Assembly: GCA_047495785.1 (NCBI GenBank)
Contig: JBLDXI010000009.1
Location: forward strand, 496,001-560,000
Reading direction: 5' to 3'
From: Lepidodermella squamata
Lineage: Eukaryota > Animalia > Gastrotricha
DNA: 64,000 bases
The notes below the pieces were generated by a model that made no database searches, was not told where the DNA came from, and worked only from the letters and a program-made list of their open reading frames with translations. Numbering within the stretch: the stretch's first letter is position 1; each line of letters begins with the position of its first letter. Shown piece after piece: positions 63,001 through 64,000 of this stretch. The position numbers and the translations under genes are program-made.

Positions 63001-64000
63001 CTATTAGTTTTAGATATTCAGTTTAATGCGCACTCAATTATGGATAGGTGATTTTTCCCATAAAAGACGGCAGCAAAACATCACATTCTTTGAATTCATC
63101 TGGGAACATGTCACGTGGAGTGTTCTTACAATGCCAAACCTTGTCTGAATTCAGCATTCAAACTAGCTAAGGGCAGATAACTTGAATCGAAATCTGTAAT
63201 GCATAAGTGCCTAAGCTGGGAAAGTCTTAATAAAAATTAGAAGTTGTAGGCCAAGTTGAATAGAAGTAAAATAAGCTAACACTATAATACCCTGTGAGAA
63301 ACAGCGAAAATAAATTACAACTGTTAAGCCCGAGGTATGATGGTTAGTGAAAAATGTAATTTCAGCGCGTGTCCGAATAATTTACGTAAAGGGCTCATTG
63401 CGCCCTGCGCAAATGCTCGGAAATGTTTTACAAATGTGGAAAAGTAGCTAAAAGCTCGCATCCGCATTAAAATGCAGAATTCATAATAGCGAAGGGTTGA
63501 CTGAAGGTGGGCGGCTGTGCATTTGGCCGAACTGGCCAAGTTTCGGTTCGACGATATACGTTGCCCGGGGTAAATATACTACTGGCTAAGCGCCACGAAT
63601 AGTGATGATGATGATGAGCAAAATTTTTAATGGCGAGATCGAATGTCATCGGCTTGGCGCTATGAAATAAATGCAATGCCGAGTATTTATTAGTATTTAA
63701 CCGATGGGCAGCCATCATCGAGCAGCGATAATGTTATAAAAAGCTCAGGCATTACCAATTTCATCAAGGCGAGCTCATCGCTGGGCGGCGACGCGTGTTA
63801 AAAATATTGCCCGTTATTTAGACACAAAATTACAATCGACTGCTGCGCCTTGAATACCAACAGCTAGCTATCTTTGCGAAGCGAAAAGCAACATCGATAC
63901 AGCGAGCAACAATTGTTAATAAAACGTTAATAATGCCATTATTGCAATAACAAATAAACATTTAGCTACTGATCGACGTATCGCCACTGATCACGCCGCC
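60014..64000 (-). promoter_or_regulatory. Musashi 5' UTR and upstream non-coding (probable cis-regulatory) region
   Basis: No credible coding exons. CpG-rich with many TAAT/ATTA cores, the same texture as the large Musashi introns. Confidence 0.45.

Overview
Gene-dense, AT-balanced, CpG-rich genomic DNA from an invertebrate animal with very short (about 42-70 nt) spliceosomal introns; the species cannot be identified from sequence alone. I assembled the spliced models by hand, and several genes are missed or fragmented by the ORF track. Left half: SMIM14 (-), a RAD51D-like paralog (+), HSBP1 (+), then a tightly packed co-directional minus-strand run PECR > MRE11 > SLX4 > stand-alone SLX4 C-terminal-domain paralog > ANKRD49 > WD40 gene. 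Its coding regions are only 90-190 nt apart, which looks like a trans-spliced operon, and an MZB1-like gene is nested antisense in the WD40 gene's last intron. Further right: an atypical dual-specificity phosphatase and a small membrane protein (-), a polyQ orphan with possible alternative last exons (+), four tandem NCLX/CCX-type cation/Ca2+ exchangers (+) in an A-B-B-A arrangement with altered alpha-repeats, an orphan multipass membrane protein (-), a 2-EF-hand protein (+), and an 8-exon Musashi gene (-) with kilobase introns and about 4 kb of non-coding upstream DNA. The best candidates for undescribed biology are the DNA-repair operon with its mini-SLX4 and the diverged NCLX array. I found no tRNA, rRNA, CRISPR array or intact transposon.
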